The translations under genes and the position numbers were made by a program. Below, piece after piece: positions 31,209-45,452 of a stretch of 64,000 bases of DNA; position 1 is the stretch's first letter; each line of letters begins with the position of its first letter. The notes under the pieces were generated by a model. The model did not search any database. It was not told where the DNA came from and saw only the letters and a program-made list of their open reading frames with translations. This DNA is from Rhodospirillales bacterium (GTDB lineage: Bacteria; Pseudomonadota; Alphaproteobacteria; SMXQ01): NCBI GenBank assembly GCA_018666775.1, contig JABIXC010000010.1, forward strand, positions 193,079-257,078. Direction: 5' to 3'.

Positions 31209-33551
31209 ATGTCAGATCCCTTTGAATTTTCAGAAAACACGCCTGAAGCGCATCCTGAATCTGTGCCCGCATCTGGGCCAGAAGCGGAACCTAAAGCATC
31301 CGGCCCGGTGACCGGTGGTGCGATGGCGGCAGGGGACCCACCGTATCTTGCCATGTTGAACCCCGAACAACGCGAAGCCGCAGGCACGCTGGATGGTGCG
31401 GTTCTGGTTTTGGCCGGGGCGGGGACGGGCAAAACCCGTGTTCTGGTGACGCGTCTTACCCATATTCTGATGTCGCGCCGGGCCTTTCCGGGGCAAATTC
31501 TGGCGGTGACCTTTACCAACAAGGCCGCGCGGGAAATGATGGAGCGTGTGGGCAATTTGTTGGGGGGTGGTGCCGAGGGGTTGTGGCTGGGCACCTTTCA
31601 TTCCATTTCCGCCCGGATATTGCGCGCCCATGCAGAAATGTTGGGCTTGAAATCTAACTTCACTATTCTGGATACCGATGATCAGCATCGCTTGTTGCGA
31701 CAAGTCATGGAGGCGGAAAATGTTGATTATAAAAAATGGCCGCCCCGTGCGCTTAACGCCATTATTCAGCGCTGGAAAGATCGGGGCTTAACCCCGGATA
31801 AGGTCACCCCCAGCGAGGCCAGCGAATTTGCATCTGGCAAGGCCCTTAATCTTTACCGGCTTTATCAATCCCGGCTTAAAACCCTGAATGCATGTGATTT
31901 TGGCGACCTGCTGTTGCACAACCTGACCCTGTTTACCAAACACCCGGATGTGCTGGCTGATTACCAGCGCCGGTTCAAATATATTTTGGTGGACGAATAC
32001 CAAGATACCAATGTTTCTCAGTATCTGTGGCTTCGCTTGCTGGCCCAGGGTGGCAGCAATGTGTGCTGTGTCGGGGATGATGACCAGAGCATCTATGGCT
32101 GGCGCGGGGCAGAGGTTGGCAACATTCTGCGCTTTGAAAAAGATTTTCCCGGTGCTCACATTGTTCGCCTGGAGCGCAACTACCGTTCAACGCCCCAGAT
32201 TTTGGCCGCAGCCAGTGGCTTGATCGCCCATAACGAGGGCCGGTTGGGCAAGACGCTGTGGACCGAAGGCGATGATGGTGAAAAGGTCAGGGTAACCGGC
32301 GTTTGGGATGGCGATGCAGAGGCCCGGGATGTGGCCGAGACCATTGAGGCCATTCAGCGGGGCGGGACAAGCCTTAATGAAATTGCCGTTCTGGTGCGCA
32401 CAGGGTCACAAACCCGTTCCTTTGAAGAACGGTTTATTACCTGTGCCATTCCCTACCGGGTTATCGGGGGGCCGCGTTTTTATGAACGCAAGGAAATCCG
32501 GGATGCCGTGGCTTATTTCCGTGTCATTGCCCAGCCCGATGATGATCTTGCCTTTGAACGCATTATCAACACGCCGCGCAGGGGCTTGGGCAACACCACC
32601 TTGCAGGTTGCCCATGTTCTGGCCCGGGCCGAAGGCACGTCTTTGGTGTCCGCCTGTGGCGCACTGATTGGCAGCGATGATATCAGGCCCCAGGCCCGTA
32701 CGGCATTGGCCAGGGTGCTGGAAGATTTCTCCCGCTGGCGCGCCCAGGCCCAGAATATGAACCCGTCAGAATTGGCAGAAATTGTGCTCGACGAATCGGG
32801 CTATGCCGGAATGTGGCAAAACGACAAATCGGTAGAGGCGCCTGGTCGACTTGAAAACCTGAAGGAACTGGTTTCGGCATTGGAAGACTTTGAAAGCCTG
32901 GACAGTTTTCTAGAGCATGTTTCCCTTGTGATGGAGCACGAAGACAACACGGGCACGGACATGGTCAATATCATGACCCTGCACGGGGCAAAGGGGTTGG
33001 AATTTGATGTGGTTTTCTTACCCGGCTGGGAAGAAGGCCTGTTTCCCCATCAACGCGCCATGGATGAACAAGGCGCTGCGGGCCTGGAAGAAGAACGCCG
33101 CCTTGCCTATGTTGGGCTTACCCGGGCGCGAAAGCTTGCCTATATCAGTTTTGCGGCTAATCGGCGGCTTTATAACCAATGGAATTCGGCCATTCCGTCG
33201 CGATTTATCGAAGAACTACCCAAAGACCATGTGGAGGTGGATGTCTCCAAGGGGCTTTATGGGGGATCGCCTCCAGAGGAGCGCCAGAAAAAATATGGTG
33301 GTGGTGGCAGTGGTGGCAGTGCGCATGGGCAGGGCTATGGCGGCAAACGCCGTTCCAAGCCATCTTCAAAAAAGGAAGATGCGGGCTCAATGGTTGCTGC
33401 AACCCCCGATGGCTTGACCAAGGGCAGCCGGGTATTTCACCAAAAATTTGGCTACGGCCGGGTGCAGGGCGTTGAAGGCAACAAGCTTGATATTTCCTTT
33501 GATAAGGCCGGGCGCAAAAAGGTCATGGCCAGTTTTGTGAACCCTGCCTAA
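31209..33551 (+). CDS. uvrD: ATP-dependent DNA helicase UvrD/Rep family
   Basis: Walker A (AGAGTGKTRVL) and helicase motifs; a Gly-rich linker precedes a C-terminal Tudor-like domain (GSRVFHQKFGYGRVQGVEGNKLDISFDKAGRKKV). Confidence 0.9.
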   Translation: MSDPFEFSENTPEAHPESVPASGPEAEPKASGPVTGGAMAAGDPPYLAMLNPEQREAAGTLDGAVLVLAGAGTGKTRVLVTRLTHILMSRRAFPGQILAVTFTNKAAREMMERVGNLLGGGAEGLWLGTFHSISARILRAHAEMLGLKSNFTILDTDDQHRLLRQVMEAENVDYKKWPPRALNAIIQRWKDRGLTPDKVTPSEASEFASGKALNLYRLYQSRLKTLNACDFGDLLLHNLTLFTKHPDVLADYQRRFKYILVDEYQDTNVSQYLWLRLLAQGGSNVCCVGDDDQSIYGWRGAEVGNILRFEKDFPGAHIVRLERNYRSTPQILAAASGLIAHNEGRLGKTLWTEGDDGEKVRVTGVWDGDAEARDVAETIEAIQRGGTSLNEIAVLVRTGSQTRSFEERFITCAIPYRVIGGPRFYERKEIRDAVAYFRVIAQPDDDLAFERIINTPRRGLGNTTLQVAHVLARAEGTSLVSACGALIGSDDIRPQARTALARVLEDFSRWRAQAQNMNPSELAEIVLDESGYAGMWQNDKSVEAPGRLENLKELVSALEDFESLDSFLEHVSLVMEHEDNTGTDMVNIMTLHGAKGLEFDVVFLPGWEEGLFPHQRAMDEQGAAGLEEERRLAYVGLTRARKLAYISFAANRRLYNQWNSAIPSRFIEELPKDHVEVDVSKGLYGGSPPEERQKKYGGGGSGGSAHGQGYGGKRRSKPSSKKEDAGSMVAATPDGLTKGSRVFHQKFGYGRVQGVEGNKLDISFDKAGRKKVMASFVNPA

Positions 33552-33579
33552 AGGCATTTAGACAATCGGAGTGTAACCC

Positions 33580-34476
33580 TTGGCTGAACAATCGCCTGCC
33601 TATTGGCGCATCTGGCTCGACACTGATGATGTGCTTGCCCCGGTTCTGGAGGCTGCCTTGGCTCCCCTTGGTCAGTCGGTTGCCCGGTTCGAGGAAAAAG
33701 ATATCCCGGATGGCATGGCAAAGCGTTGGCGGATAGAAGCGATTGCGGATCAAGAGCCCGACATCGCAGAGGTGGCCCTTTGCCTTGCTGCTGCCGTCGG
33801 TCAGGCCCATGGGGATATGCCTGATTTTCATATTTCCAAAATGGATGATGTGGATTGGCTGGCCCTGAACCGGAGCCAATTCCCGCCCATCACCGCCGGG
33901 CGGTTTTTTATCCATGGCAGTTTCTTTGATGGCACACCGCCATCTGACAAACATGTGGTCAATCTAGATGTCGGCCCGGCCTTTGGTTCGGGCACCCATG
34001 AAACCACGCGGGGCTGCCTGTTGGCCCTTGATGAATTACTGAATGAACGGGCGTTTGATCATGCCCTTGATCTTGGCTGTGGGTCGGGCATTTTGGCGTT
34101 GTCATTTGCGCGCGCCACGGGCAAACCGGTCATGGCCAGCGACCTTGATCCTGTGGCGGCCGAAACAACAGCAAACAACGCCATAACCAACGGGCTGGCG
34201 CATTTGGTTGATGCGGTGGCTGCGTCTGGTGTGGCCGCTGATGGGGTGCAAAACAAGGCACCGTTTGATTTGATATTTGCCAACATATTGGCCGAACCGC
34301 TGATTGCGTTGGCCGGTGATATCGAAGCCCGGTTGGCCCCGGGGGGTGCTTTGATCCTGTCTGGGCTTTTGACCCGCCAGCAAGGCGATGTCATGAGCGC
34401 ATACAGGGACGTTGGTCTTAAGCTTAGCCGTACCATCGTGCTCGGTGAATGGAGCACGATGATACTGGGCCGATAA
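33580..34476 (+). CDS. prmA: ribosomal protein L11 methyltransferase
   Basis: PrmA fold with the SAM motif (DLGCGSGILALSFA). Confidence 0.85.
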   Translation: MAEQSPAYWRIWLDTDDVLAPVLEAALAPLGQSVARFEEKDIPDGMAKRWRIEAIADQEPDIAEVALCLAAAVGQAHGDMPDFHISKMDDVDWLALNRSQFPPITAGRFFIHGSFFDGTPPSDKHVVNLDVGPAFGSGTHETTRGCLLALDELLNERAFDHALDLGCGSGILALSFARATGKPVMASDLDPVAAETTANNAITNGLAHLVDAVAASGVAADGVQNKAPFDLIFANILAEPLIALAGDIEARLAPGGALILSGLLTRQQGDVMSAYRDVGLKLSRTIVLGEWSTMILGR

Positions 34477-34489
34477 GCGTAATCTTGGT

Positions 34490-34738
34490 TTAGCGGTCGA
34501 GGATGCCTGCTTTTTTGGCGGCATAGACTGCAATGCCCTGGCGGTCGATGCCAAGGTTGGAAAGCTGGCTATCATTGAGGGGCTCAAGGGTAGCAAACAG
34601 ATCACGGGCATAAATGGCATAGGCCAGCGTGTTGGATTTTGGTGCGCTGAAGAACTTGATGAAACGGGAGATCAATTCGGCTTCTTTGCGAAAAGGAAGA
34701 TCAGCGATGCCTGGGGCGAGGATTGAATGGTCGGTCAT
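34490..34738 (-). CDS. small hypothetical protein (~82 aa)
   Basis: ORF MTDHSILAPGIADLPFRKEAELISRFIKFF...GIDRQGIAVYAAKKAGILDR. The track ORF 34490..34972 extends N-terminally over a Cys/Pro-rich, low-plausibility region, so an internal start is preferred. Confidence 0.4.
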   Translation of the reverse strand: MTDHSILAPGIADLPFRKEAELISRFIKFFSAPKSNTLAYAIYARDLFATLEPLNDSQLSNLGIDRQGIAVYAAKKAGILDR

Positions 34739-35110
34739 GGGTTCTAACTCCTGATAAATGGTTGCTTCAAAAAACCAACTCGCTACTGGGATGCAACGGA
34801 CTGCTCCGTAATCATCCCCTGAAACTGCCGGTCTTTTATTAGTGTCGGCGGCTGGTCTGGCCTTGTGGGAAGTCTGAATGGGTTTCCCGGGTGCGACCGT
34901 CGTCGTTGGCGTGTTTATGCACCCAAACCACAAAAATGAGCAGCGCCCATTGGTAAACGGAGCCATGCACAATTAGCATGGCTTGTTCATATTTTGTTAA
35001 GCATTCGTCGTCGGATTGTTAACTTACCCTGCAAATACAACATGTTAAGACAACATTTCAGACATGCTTCCCACCTGATCCAGGCCTGAAGTGCCCATAA
35101 AAAGTTGCAA

Positions 35111-35145
35111 AAAGAAAGGCGACCATGGGGGGTCGCCTTATTTAG
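35111..35145. terminator. hairpin terminator inside an AT-rich non-coding islet
   Basis: AAAGAAAGGCGACC-ATGGGG-GGTCGCCTTATTT has T/A runs on both sides and could terminate the minus-strand small gene at 35365..35634. Confidence 0.6.
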
Positions 35146-35364
35146 GGGTGTTAGGTGGCTGGGGGACTAACGCCAACTAACTGGGTAATCAGGGTATAAC
35201 TTCAAACAATGGATATTCTCGTCACTATAATTAGTATTCTAACTAATTATATAGAGATTGTAAAGAAGCCATTTTTATGGCCTTTGCCATGCAAATCATA
35301 CATGGCAGTTTATTAAACAATTACAGTGACTTATATAGTAATATCAGGTCAGGAATGGTTAGAT

Positions 35365-35634
35365 TCAGCCCAGTTTGTTTTTATGGGCGATGATAAACAA
35401 CCCAGCTGCTGCCGCTGAAACTCGGGAAAGGTCATCGCGTTCAATACCGAGTTCTGCAAGCTCTGCAGTGGTTCTGGCCGACAGGTTTTCAAAGAGTTCG
35501 GCCCCAAGGGCGGCTTCATCCAGAAGCTCAAGGGCATCCCCTGTTGCATGGGGAAGGCGTTCGGTAAAAAAGTTGATGATGTCAGTCATAAGCTTTGCTT
35601 CTTCTTCATAGGGCAGATGATTAATATCAGACAT
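35365..35634 (-). CDS. small acidic hypothetical protein (89 aa)
   Basis: ORF MSDINHLPYEEEAKLMTDIINFFTERLPHATGDALELLDEAALGAELFENL... is predicted helical, with no recognizable family. Confidence 0.45.
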   Translation of the reverse strand: MSDINHLPYEEEAKLMTDIINFFTERLPHATGDALELLDEAALGAELFENLSARTTAELAELGIERDDLSRVSAAAAGLFIIAHKNKLG

Positions 35635-35784
35635 AATGGCATCTCCTGTTGTTTTCAGCTCCGCACGATTAACATGGGAATTATATCATCATGTTTAAAG
35701 GCTTTTGTATGACTTCGTGGGGTGGGGGGCTTGTGTTGGGTGGATCACGCCATTAGCTTCGGGTGATCAATCTACAGGTAATTC

Positions 35785-37611
35785 ATGGCAAACACGTCAA
35801 ACAACAAGACAGAATCGGGTGAGCGCTTAAGGCAGTTGCGCGCGCGAATGGCAAAGATGAAGCTGGATGGGTTTATTGTGCCCCGCAGCGATGCCCATCA
35901 GGGTGAATACGTGCCACCTTCAGAAGAACGCCTTATCTGGTTAACGGGCTTTAGCGGATCAGCCGGTTTGGCAGTGGTGTTGAAGGATAAGGCAGCCCTT
36001 TTTGTCGATGGGCGTTATGGGTTGCAGGCCCGCCATGAGGTCGATACCGGCCAGCTTTCAATTCACCAAACGGCCAAGCTTTCCCCCATGGCGTGGATTG
36101 CGGCCAATGCCAAACGGGGTGCGCGCATCGGGTTTGACCCGTGGTTGGTGACAGGCCGTGATTGGGCACGGTTTGGGGCGGGTGCAGAAAAGGCCGGTGC
36201 AAAATTGGTATCGGTCTCGGCAAATCCCATTGATGCCATTTGGACGGATCGCCCTCTACCACCGATGGGGCCAGTTAAGGTCTTTCCAAATAAATATTCT
36301 GGCAAAAGCGCCCGGGACAAGCGATCCCAAATCGCCGGTCCGATGGCTGCGGCAGGGATCGATGCGGCTGTGTTGAGCGCGCCTGAATCTATAGCATGGC
36401 TTTTAAATATTCGGGGCTCTGATGTTGATTTCGCACCTTTGGTTCTGGCGTTTGCGGTGATCACCCGTGATGGGCGTGTAACCTTGATTGTGAACAAGGA
36501 AAAAATTAGCGCTGGTGTGCGTCGCCATCTGGGCGAAGGCGTTACCATCGCCGCCCCGTCAAAATTTGGGGCCATTCTTGATCAATTGGGCAAGAAAAAG
36601 CGGGTGGTTTTGGCTGATAACGCTTCAACGCCTGCCTGGATATTGAACCGTTTAAAGCGCGCCGGGGCACAATTGCGCGATGGTGCTGATCCGTGTGTCG
36701 ATCCAAAGGCCCGTAAAAACAAAACAGAACTAAAAGGCATCCGCGCTGCCCATATCCGCGATGGGGCGGCGCTTTGTCGGTTTCTGGCATGGTTTGCGAA
36801 GGCCGCCCCCCGTGGCGGGCAGACAGAAATGGCGGCAGCCAAAAAAGTGGATGGAACCCGCGCCGAAAACGACCTGTTTCAGGGGCTTTCCTTTCCAACC
36901 ATATCGGCAGCGGGTCCCAATGGGGCCATCATCCATTACCGGGTGACAGAGGAAACCAACCGTTCGGTAAAATCCGGCGATGTGTTCTTGCTAGATTCCG
37001 GGGCGCAATATCTCGATGGCACCACCGATGTGACCCGGACCTTTTTGATTGGCCCAAGAGCCGGGCTTAAATCGGGTGTCGCCATCCGTGAACGGTTTAC
37101 CCGCGTGCTCAAGGGCCATATCGGGTTGGCATCCGCCCGGTTTCCGGTGGGGACCACGGGGTCGCAATTGGATGTTCTGGCGCGGAAGGCATTGTGGGAT
37201 GCGGGGCTGGATTATGATCACGGCACCGGACACGGCATTGGCCATTACCTGAGCGTTCACGAAGGGCCCCAGCGCATTTCTCAGGCGGGCAATTCGGTGG
37301 TTTTAGAACCGGGCATGTTGCTTTCCAATGAACCGGGTTTTTACCAGCAAGGGGAATTTGGCATTCGCACCGAAAGCCTTTTGGTGGTGCGAGATGCGGC
37401 CAAGGGCAAAGGCAAAGGGGTTCGGCCCATGCGATGTTTTGATGTGTTAACCCTGGCACCGATTGACCGGGCCTTGATTGATCGTAAATTACTAAGCGGT
37501 GAAGAACGCAATTGGCTTGATGCCTATCACGCCCGGGTGCGGCGCTTGATCACCCCTTTGGTGGACCCGAAAACCGCTGAATGGCTGAAACAGGCTACCA
37601 AAAAGATTTAA
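35785..37611 (+). CDS. pepP: Xaa-Pro aminopeptidase (aminopeptidase P, M24B)
   Basis: M24 metal-binding motifs (DSGAQYLDGTTDVTRT; HGTGHGIGHYLSVHEGP; NEPGFY). Confidence 0.9.
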   Translation: MANTSNNKTESGERLRQLRARMAKMKLDGFIVPRSDAHQGEYVPPSEERLIWLTGFSGSAGLAVVLKDKAALFVDGRYGLQARHEVDTGQLSIHQTAKLSPMAWIAANAKRGARIGFDPWLVTGRDWARFGAGAEKAGAKLVSVSANPIDAIWTDRPLPPMGPVKVFPNKYSGKSARDKRSQIAGPMAAAGIDAAVLSAPESIAWLLNIRGSDVDFAPLVLAFAVITRDGRVTLIVNKEKISAGVRRHLGEGVTIAAPSKFGAILDQLGKKKRVVLADNASTPAWILNRLKRAGAQLRDGADPCVDPKARKNKTELKGIRAAHIRDGAALCRFLAWFAKAAPRGGQTEMAAAKKVDGTRAENDLFQGLSFPTISAAGPNGAIIHYRVTEETNRSVKSGDVFLLDSGAQYLDGTTDVTRTFLIGPRAGLKSGVAIRERFTRVLKGHIGLASARFPVGTTGSQLDVLARKALWDAGLDYDHGTGHGIGHYLSVHEGPQRISQAGNSVVLEPGMLLSNEPGFYQQGEFGIRTESLLVVRDAAKGKGKGVRPMRCFDVLTLAPIDRALIDRKLLSGEERNWLDAYHARVRRLITPLVDPKTAEWLKQATKKI

Positions 37612-37620
37612 GCTGATCCC

Positions 37621-41425
<3,805 letters not shown>

Positions 41426-41431
41426 GAGAGC

Positions 41432-42340
41432 CTAGAAAATTGAGTGCCAAGTCCGCCCAAGCCAGCCGCGTTTTTTATCGGCGATCTTTTTTCTGGCTTG
41501 GCGGGGGTCAATGCCGGTCATAATGGCATAGCTATCGATGTACCATTCACTTCCCGGAAAATTGTGGCCGAGCACGGAAGCGCTTTTTTTGGCTTCTTCA
41601 TCAAGACCGAGCACAATATAGCTTTCGGTCAGCCGATGCAGGGCTTCGGGAATATGTGATGTCGTCTGGTATTTTTTGATGACGGACTGAAAGCGGTTGA
41701 TGGCAGCAATATGCTGGTTGGTTTTTTGGTACCATCGGCCCACAGACATTTTCTGACCGGCAACCTGATCATTGGTGAGATCACGCTTTAACAGGGCATC
41801 CCGGGCGAATTTGGATTTGGGGAAGCGGCGGATCACTTCATCAAGGGCTTCTTGGGCGCGGTAGGTGACTTTCTGATCCCGGTGCACATCGGATATTTCT
41901 TCGTAATAGCAAAGCGCGCGCAGGTAATAGGCATAGGCAATGTCGCGGCTTCCCGGGTGTAGGTGAATAAACCGGTCAAGGGCGATGATGGCATCATCAT
42001 AGCGCCCTACCTGATACCGGCTATAGGCCGTCATCAGGGTCGATTTGTTGGCCCAGATCGAATAGGGATGCTGTCTTTCAACTTCATTGAAGTATTTCAC
42101 GGCATCAGAATAGCTCTGGCGGGTCATGATGGTCATGCCGGTGTTGTAAAGCGATTCCGGGGTGGCGTCGGGTTTGATTTCAGGAGGCGGGGTGCTACAG
42201 CCTCCTAAAATCAGCATTGCCCCAAGGGCAATGGCTGCGGCAATGGCTGTGGCAAAGCGATGGCTTCTCCCCGATTGGTGCATGGGCACCAACGCCGGGC
42301 GGCGGTTATAGGATGGGTCAGAAGCAGTCATCATGAACAT
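41432..42340 (-). CDS. bamD: outer membrane protein assembly factor BamD (YfiO), TPR lipoprotein
   Basis: Lipobox LILGGCS and TPR repeats; it occupies the conserved position next to lpxC/recN in alphaproteobacteria. Confidence 0.85.
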   Translation of the reverse strand: MFMMTASDPSYNRRPALVPMHQSGRSHRFATAIAAAIALGAMLILGGCSTPPPEIKPDATPESLYNTGMTIMTRQSYSDAVKYFNEVERQHPYSIWANKSTLMTAYSRYQVGRYDDAIIALDRFIHLHPGSRDIAYAYYLRALCYYEEISDVHRDQKVTYRAQEALDEVIRRFPKSKFARDALLKRDLTNDQVAGQKMSVGRWYQKTNQHIAAINRFQSVIKKYQTTSHIPEALHRLTESYIVLGLDEEAKKSASVLGHNFPGSEWYIDSYAIMTGIDPRQARKKIADKKRGWLGRTWHSIF

Positions 42341-42461
42341 AAGAAATATGGTGCATATTAATTGAGTTAACGACCACCCTTATAGCATGGCAGAACACCA
42401 TTGGCACCAAGAGGGTGTGGTAAAAAATGCTATCTGAAACGGGGTGTGAAACGGGCGCGGA

Positions 42462-43412
42462 TCAGCGGCCAGCGGCGGCGGCTGGGGTAGGGGCGGTGTC
42501 AAACAGGGTGGCTTCGACATCACTATGGGCCGTATTTCCAACCCTTTGGGGAACCAGCGCCCAGGCTTTGGGGTCGGCAAACAGGGTTTTCAATAGCAGG
42601 TGATTAACGGCATGCCCCGAACGCGAGCCACTGAAGTGGCCCATAATCTGGGCCCCGGCAAGATAAAGATCACCAACGGAATCAAGAATTTTATGGCGGA
42701 CAAATTCATCGCTATAGCGCAAGCCTGAATCATTGAGAATTTTATCGCCGCTGACGACCACAGCATTATCGAGCGACCCACCCAGCAGCATGCCGGCTTG
42801 GCGCAGCGCGGCGACTTCGTGTTCAAAGCCAAAGGTGCGGGCGTTGCCAACTTCGTTCTTGAAATTGCCGTTGACGAATTCAATGGCATAAGACTGGCTA
42901 GAGACGGCCTTTGATTCGAACTCAATATCAAATTCGATGGAGAAATTTTCGCCGGGCATGATGCTGGCCTGGCGGTCACCATCCGTTACAGAAACGGGTT
43001 TCAGGACTTTCAGGACGCGACGGTTCTGGTCCTGTTCCTTGATGCCTGCACATTCGATCAGAAAGACGAACGGTGCGGCACTGCCATCCATAATTGGGAC
43101 TTCCGGGCCATTGATTTCCACCAATGCGTTATCAACGCCAAGACCGGCAAAGGCGGCCATCAGGTGTTCAATGGTTTTGATGGTGACATCGGCATCATTG
43201 GCGATGGCCGAACAAAGCTGGGAAGGGACAACATTGCGCCAATGCGCATCAATGATCGCTTGGCCGCCAGAAATATCGGTCCGTTTGAAACGGATGCCAG
43301 TGTCTGGTTCGGCGGGGCAGATGGTCATGGAAATATGGGCACCAGTATGCAGTCCGATGCCAGAACAACCAATGGCGTTGCTTAAGGTTGTTTGCTTAAC
43401 GTAATTCACCAT
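42462..43412 (-). CDS. lpxC: UDP-3-O-acyl-N-acetylglucosamine deacetylase
   Basis: MVNYVKQTTLSNAIGCSGIGLHTGAHISMTICPAEPDTGIRF... is canonical LpxC. Confidence 0.95.
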   Translation of the reverse strand: MVNYVKQTTLSNAIGCSGIGLHTGAHISMTICPAEPDTGIRFKRTDISGGQAIIDAHWRNVVPSQLCSAIANDADVTIKTIEHLMAAFAGLGVDNALVEINGPEVPIMDGSAAPFVFLIECAGIKEQDQNRRVLKVLKPVSVTDGDRQASIMPGENFSIEFDIEFESKAVSSQSYAIEFVNGNFKNEVGNARTFGFEHEVAALRQAGMLLGGSLDNAVVVSGDKILNDSGLRYSDEFVRHKILDSVGDLYLAGAQIMGHFSGSRSGHAVNHLLLKTLFADPKAWALVPQRVGNTAHSDVEATLFDTAPTPAAAAGR

Positions 43413-43572
43413 AACCCGAAAGTGACCTCAATTTTAAAAACACAGTTAAAACACTACCAGAGGATGTCTATCAACATCCCCTGGCGTGCTCAAATCAACA
43501 ATTGTTTCAATTTGTTACGTCATTTCCCGGGTCAAATTGTCCTGGTTTTTTAAAGTGCCCTCATGAAAGGCC

Positions 43573-45390
43573 TTAATTGGCCTGGCGTCGCAAAAATGCC
43601 GGAATTTCAAGCAGATCTTCTTCAGATTCCGTCGCCGACTTGGCATGGGGCTCAGATTTGGCCACCAATCCGCCCAGATCCTGCTGGGTTGCCTTCTGAG
43701 GTTCGGGTTTAGGTTCGGGTTGTGGTTCTGGCTGTACCTGAGCCTGCACCTCTGGTTCTGCCTGAACCTGTGGTTCTGGGGCCGGTGTTGGCATTGGGGC
43801 GGGTTCCGGCGTGGCTAGAATGGGTGCCTCAACACGGGGGTGCAGAACCGGTTCAACTCTGGCCTCTGGCTTGATTTCGGCCTTGATCTCCACCGGTGCG
43901 GCTTCTGCAGGCACCACCGGTGCAGGCGTGGCTTGTACCACGGGCGCTGGTACCACCGGCGCTGGGGTGGCTTTTGCCACCGGTGCCGGGGTGGGCGCTG
44001 GGATGGTTCGGGCTATTTGTTCTGCTTTAAGCGCTTTTGCCCGGCCACTTCCCGTCACCCGTTCAAACAGGCTTGGCCGTGTTGCCGGTTTTTCTGTCGT
44101 CGTTCCGGCATTAACAATGTCGGCTTCGGCCATGGGGTCTGGCTTACGTATGGCTGTCATATCCATTGACGTGCGAGGGGCTTCAACGGGAGCAGGCGGC
44201 ATAAAGGGTTGATTGATCCCTTCTAGATCAATGCCGGGTGTGGCCTGTGGTGCCGGTGCCGGTGCTGGGGTATCAGCGATTTTGGATTCAACCCCAAGAT
44301 CAAGCACCGGTGCCATGTCCGGCGCGGGTGCGGTTTCCGGCGTAGGCATGATGGATGTCGCCCTGCGTGAATTATCGCTGACCAGACTGATCGGCTGCAA
44401 GGGGACGGGATGGGCCGAAACTTCGGCGTCAATCCCTGTGGCGATGACCGAAATACGAATGCGGCCATCAAGGGCTGGGTCGAAGGTAGAGCCAAAGATG
44501 ATGTTGGCATTGGGGTCCACTTCTGAGCGGATGCGGTTTGCTGCTTCATCGACTTCAAACAACGTCATGTCATCGCCGCCGCTGATGTTGATGAGCACCC
44601 CTTTGGCGCCTTCCATGGAAACATCGTCTAACAATGGGTTGGAAATGGCGGCCTCAGCTGCCGCAATGGCCCGGTTTTCGCAATCGGCTTCACCGGTTCC
44701 CATCATGGCTTTGCCCATTTCGCTCATGACTTGGCGAACATCGGCAAAATCAAGGTTGATCAAGCCGGGCATGACCATCAGGTCGGTCACGCCGCGTACG
44801 CCGGAATAAAGGACGTTATCGGCCATTTCAAAGGCTTGGGCGAAGGTGGTCTTTTCATTGGCAATGCGGAACAGGTTCTGATTGGGAATGATAATCAGGG
44901 TGTCCACGTAATGTTGGAGTTCTTCAATCCCTTCCTCGGCAATCTTCATGCGGTTCAGCCCTTCAAACTGGAATGGCTTGGTCACAACGCCGACGGTCAG
45001 AATGCCCTGTTCGCGTGATGCCCGGGCAATGACAGGGGCCGCCCCTGTTCCGGTGCCCCCGCCCATGCCGGCGGTGATGAACACCATGTTTGATTGCTGG
45101 ATATGTTCGATGATGTCATCGATGGCTTCTTCGGCGGCCGCTTTGCCGACATCGGGTCGTGATCCGGCACCCAGGCCCTGGGTAATGTTGCGCCCCAGCT
45201 GGATGCGGCGTTCTGCGCTGGTCTGGGAGAGTGCCTGGGCATCGGAATTGCCAACAACGAATTCAACACCTTCGAGATTATGCTCGATCATGTTGTTGAC
45301 GGCATTCCCCCCGGCACCGCCAACGCCAATGACGGTAATTCTGGGTTTAAGATCGGGTTCTGGGCTCGGCATTTTTATATTTATGGTCAT
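43573..45390 (-). CDS. ftsZ: cell division GTPase FtsZ with a long Pro/Ala/Val/Glu-rich C-terminal linker
   Basis: Tubulin signature ([13 protein letters not shown]; [11 protein letters not shown]), about 250 aa of low-complexity linker, and the conserved C-terminal peptide ([14 protein letters not shown]). Confidence 0.95.
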   Translation of the reverse strand: MTINIKMPSPEPDLKPRITVIGVGGAGGNAVNNMIEHNLEGVEFVVGNSDAQALSQTSAERRIQLGRNITQGLGAGSRPDVGKAAAEEAIDDIIEHIQQSNMVFITAGMGGGTGTGAAPVIARASREQGILTVGVVTKPFQFEGLNRMKIAEEGIEELQHYVDTLIIIPNQNLFRIANEKTTFAQAFEMADNVLYSGVRGVTDLMVMPGLINLDFADVRQVMSEMGKAMMGTGEADCENRAIAAAEAAISNPLLDDVSMEGAKGVLINISGGDDMTLFEVDEAANRIRSEVDPNANIIFGSTFDPALDGRIRISVIATGIDAEVSAHPVPLQPISLVSDNSRRATSIMPTPETAPAPDMAPVLDLGVESKIADTPAPAPAPQATPGIDLEGINQPFMPPAPVEAPRTSMDMTAIRKPDPMAEADIVNAGTTTEKPATRPSLFERVTGSGRAKALKAEQIARTIPAPTPAPVAKATPAPVVPAPVVQATPAPVVPAEAAPVEIKAEIKPEARVEPVLHPRVEAPILATPEPAPMPTPAPEPQVQAEPEVQAQVQPEPQPEPKPEPQKATQQDLGGLVAKSEPHAKSATESEEDLLEIPAFLRRQAN

Positions 45391-45452
45391 GTCAGCCTCC
45401 TCAGGCAGTAAGTGTGTTAAGTGCGATTGTTCAGTTGCAGAAAAGTGGGTTG

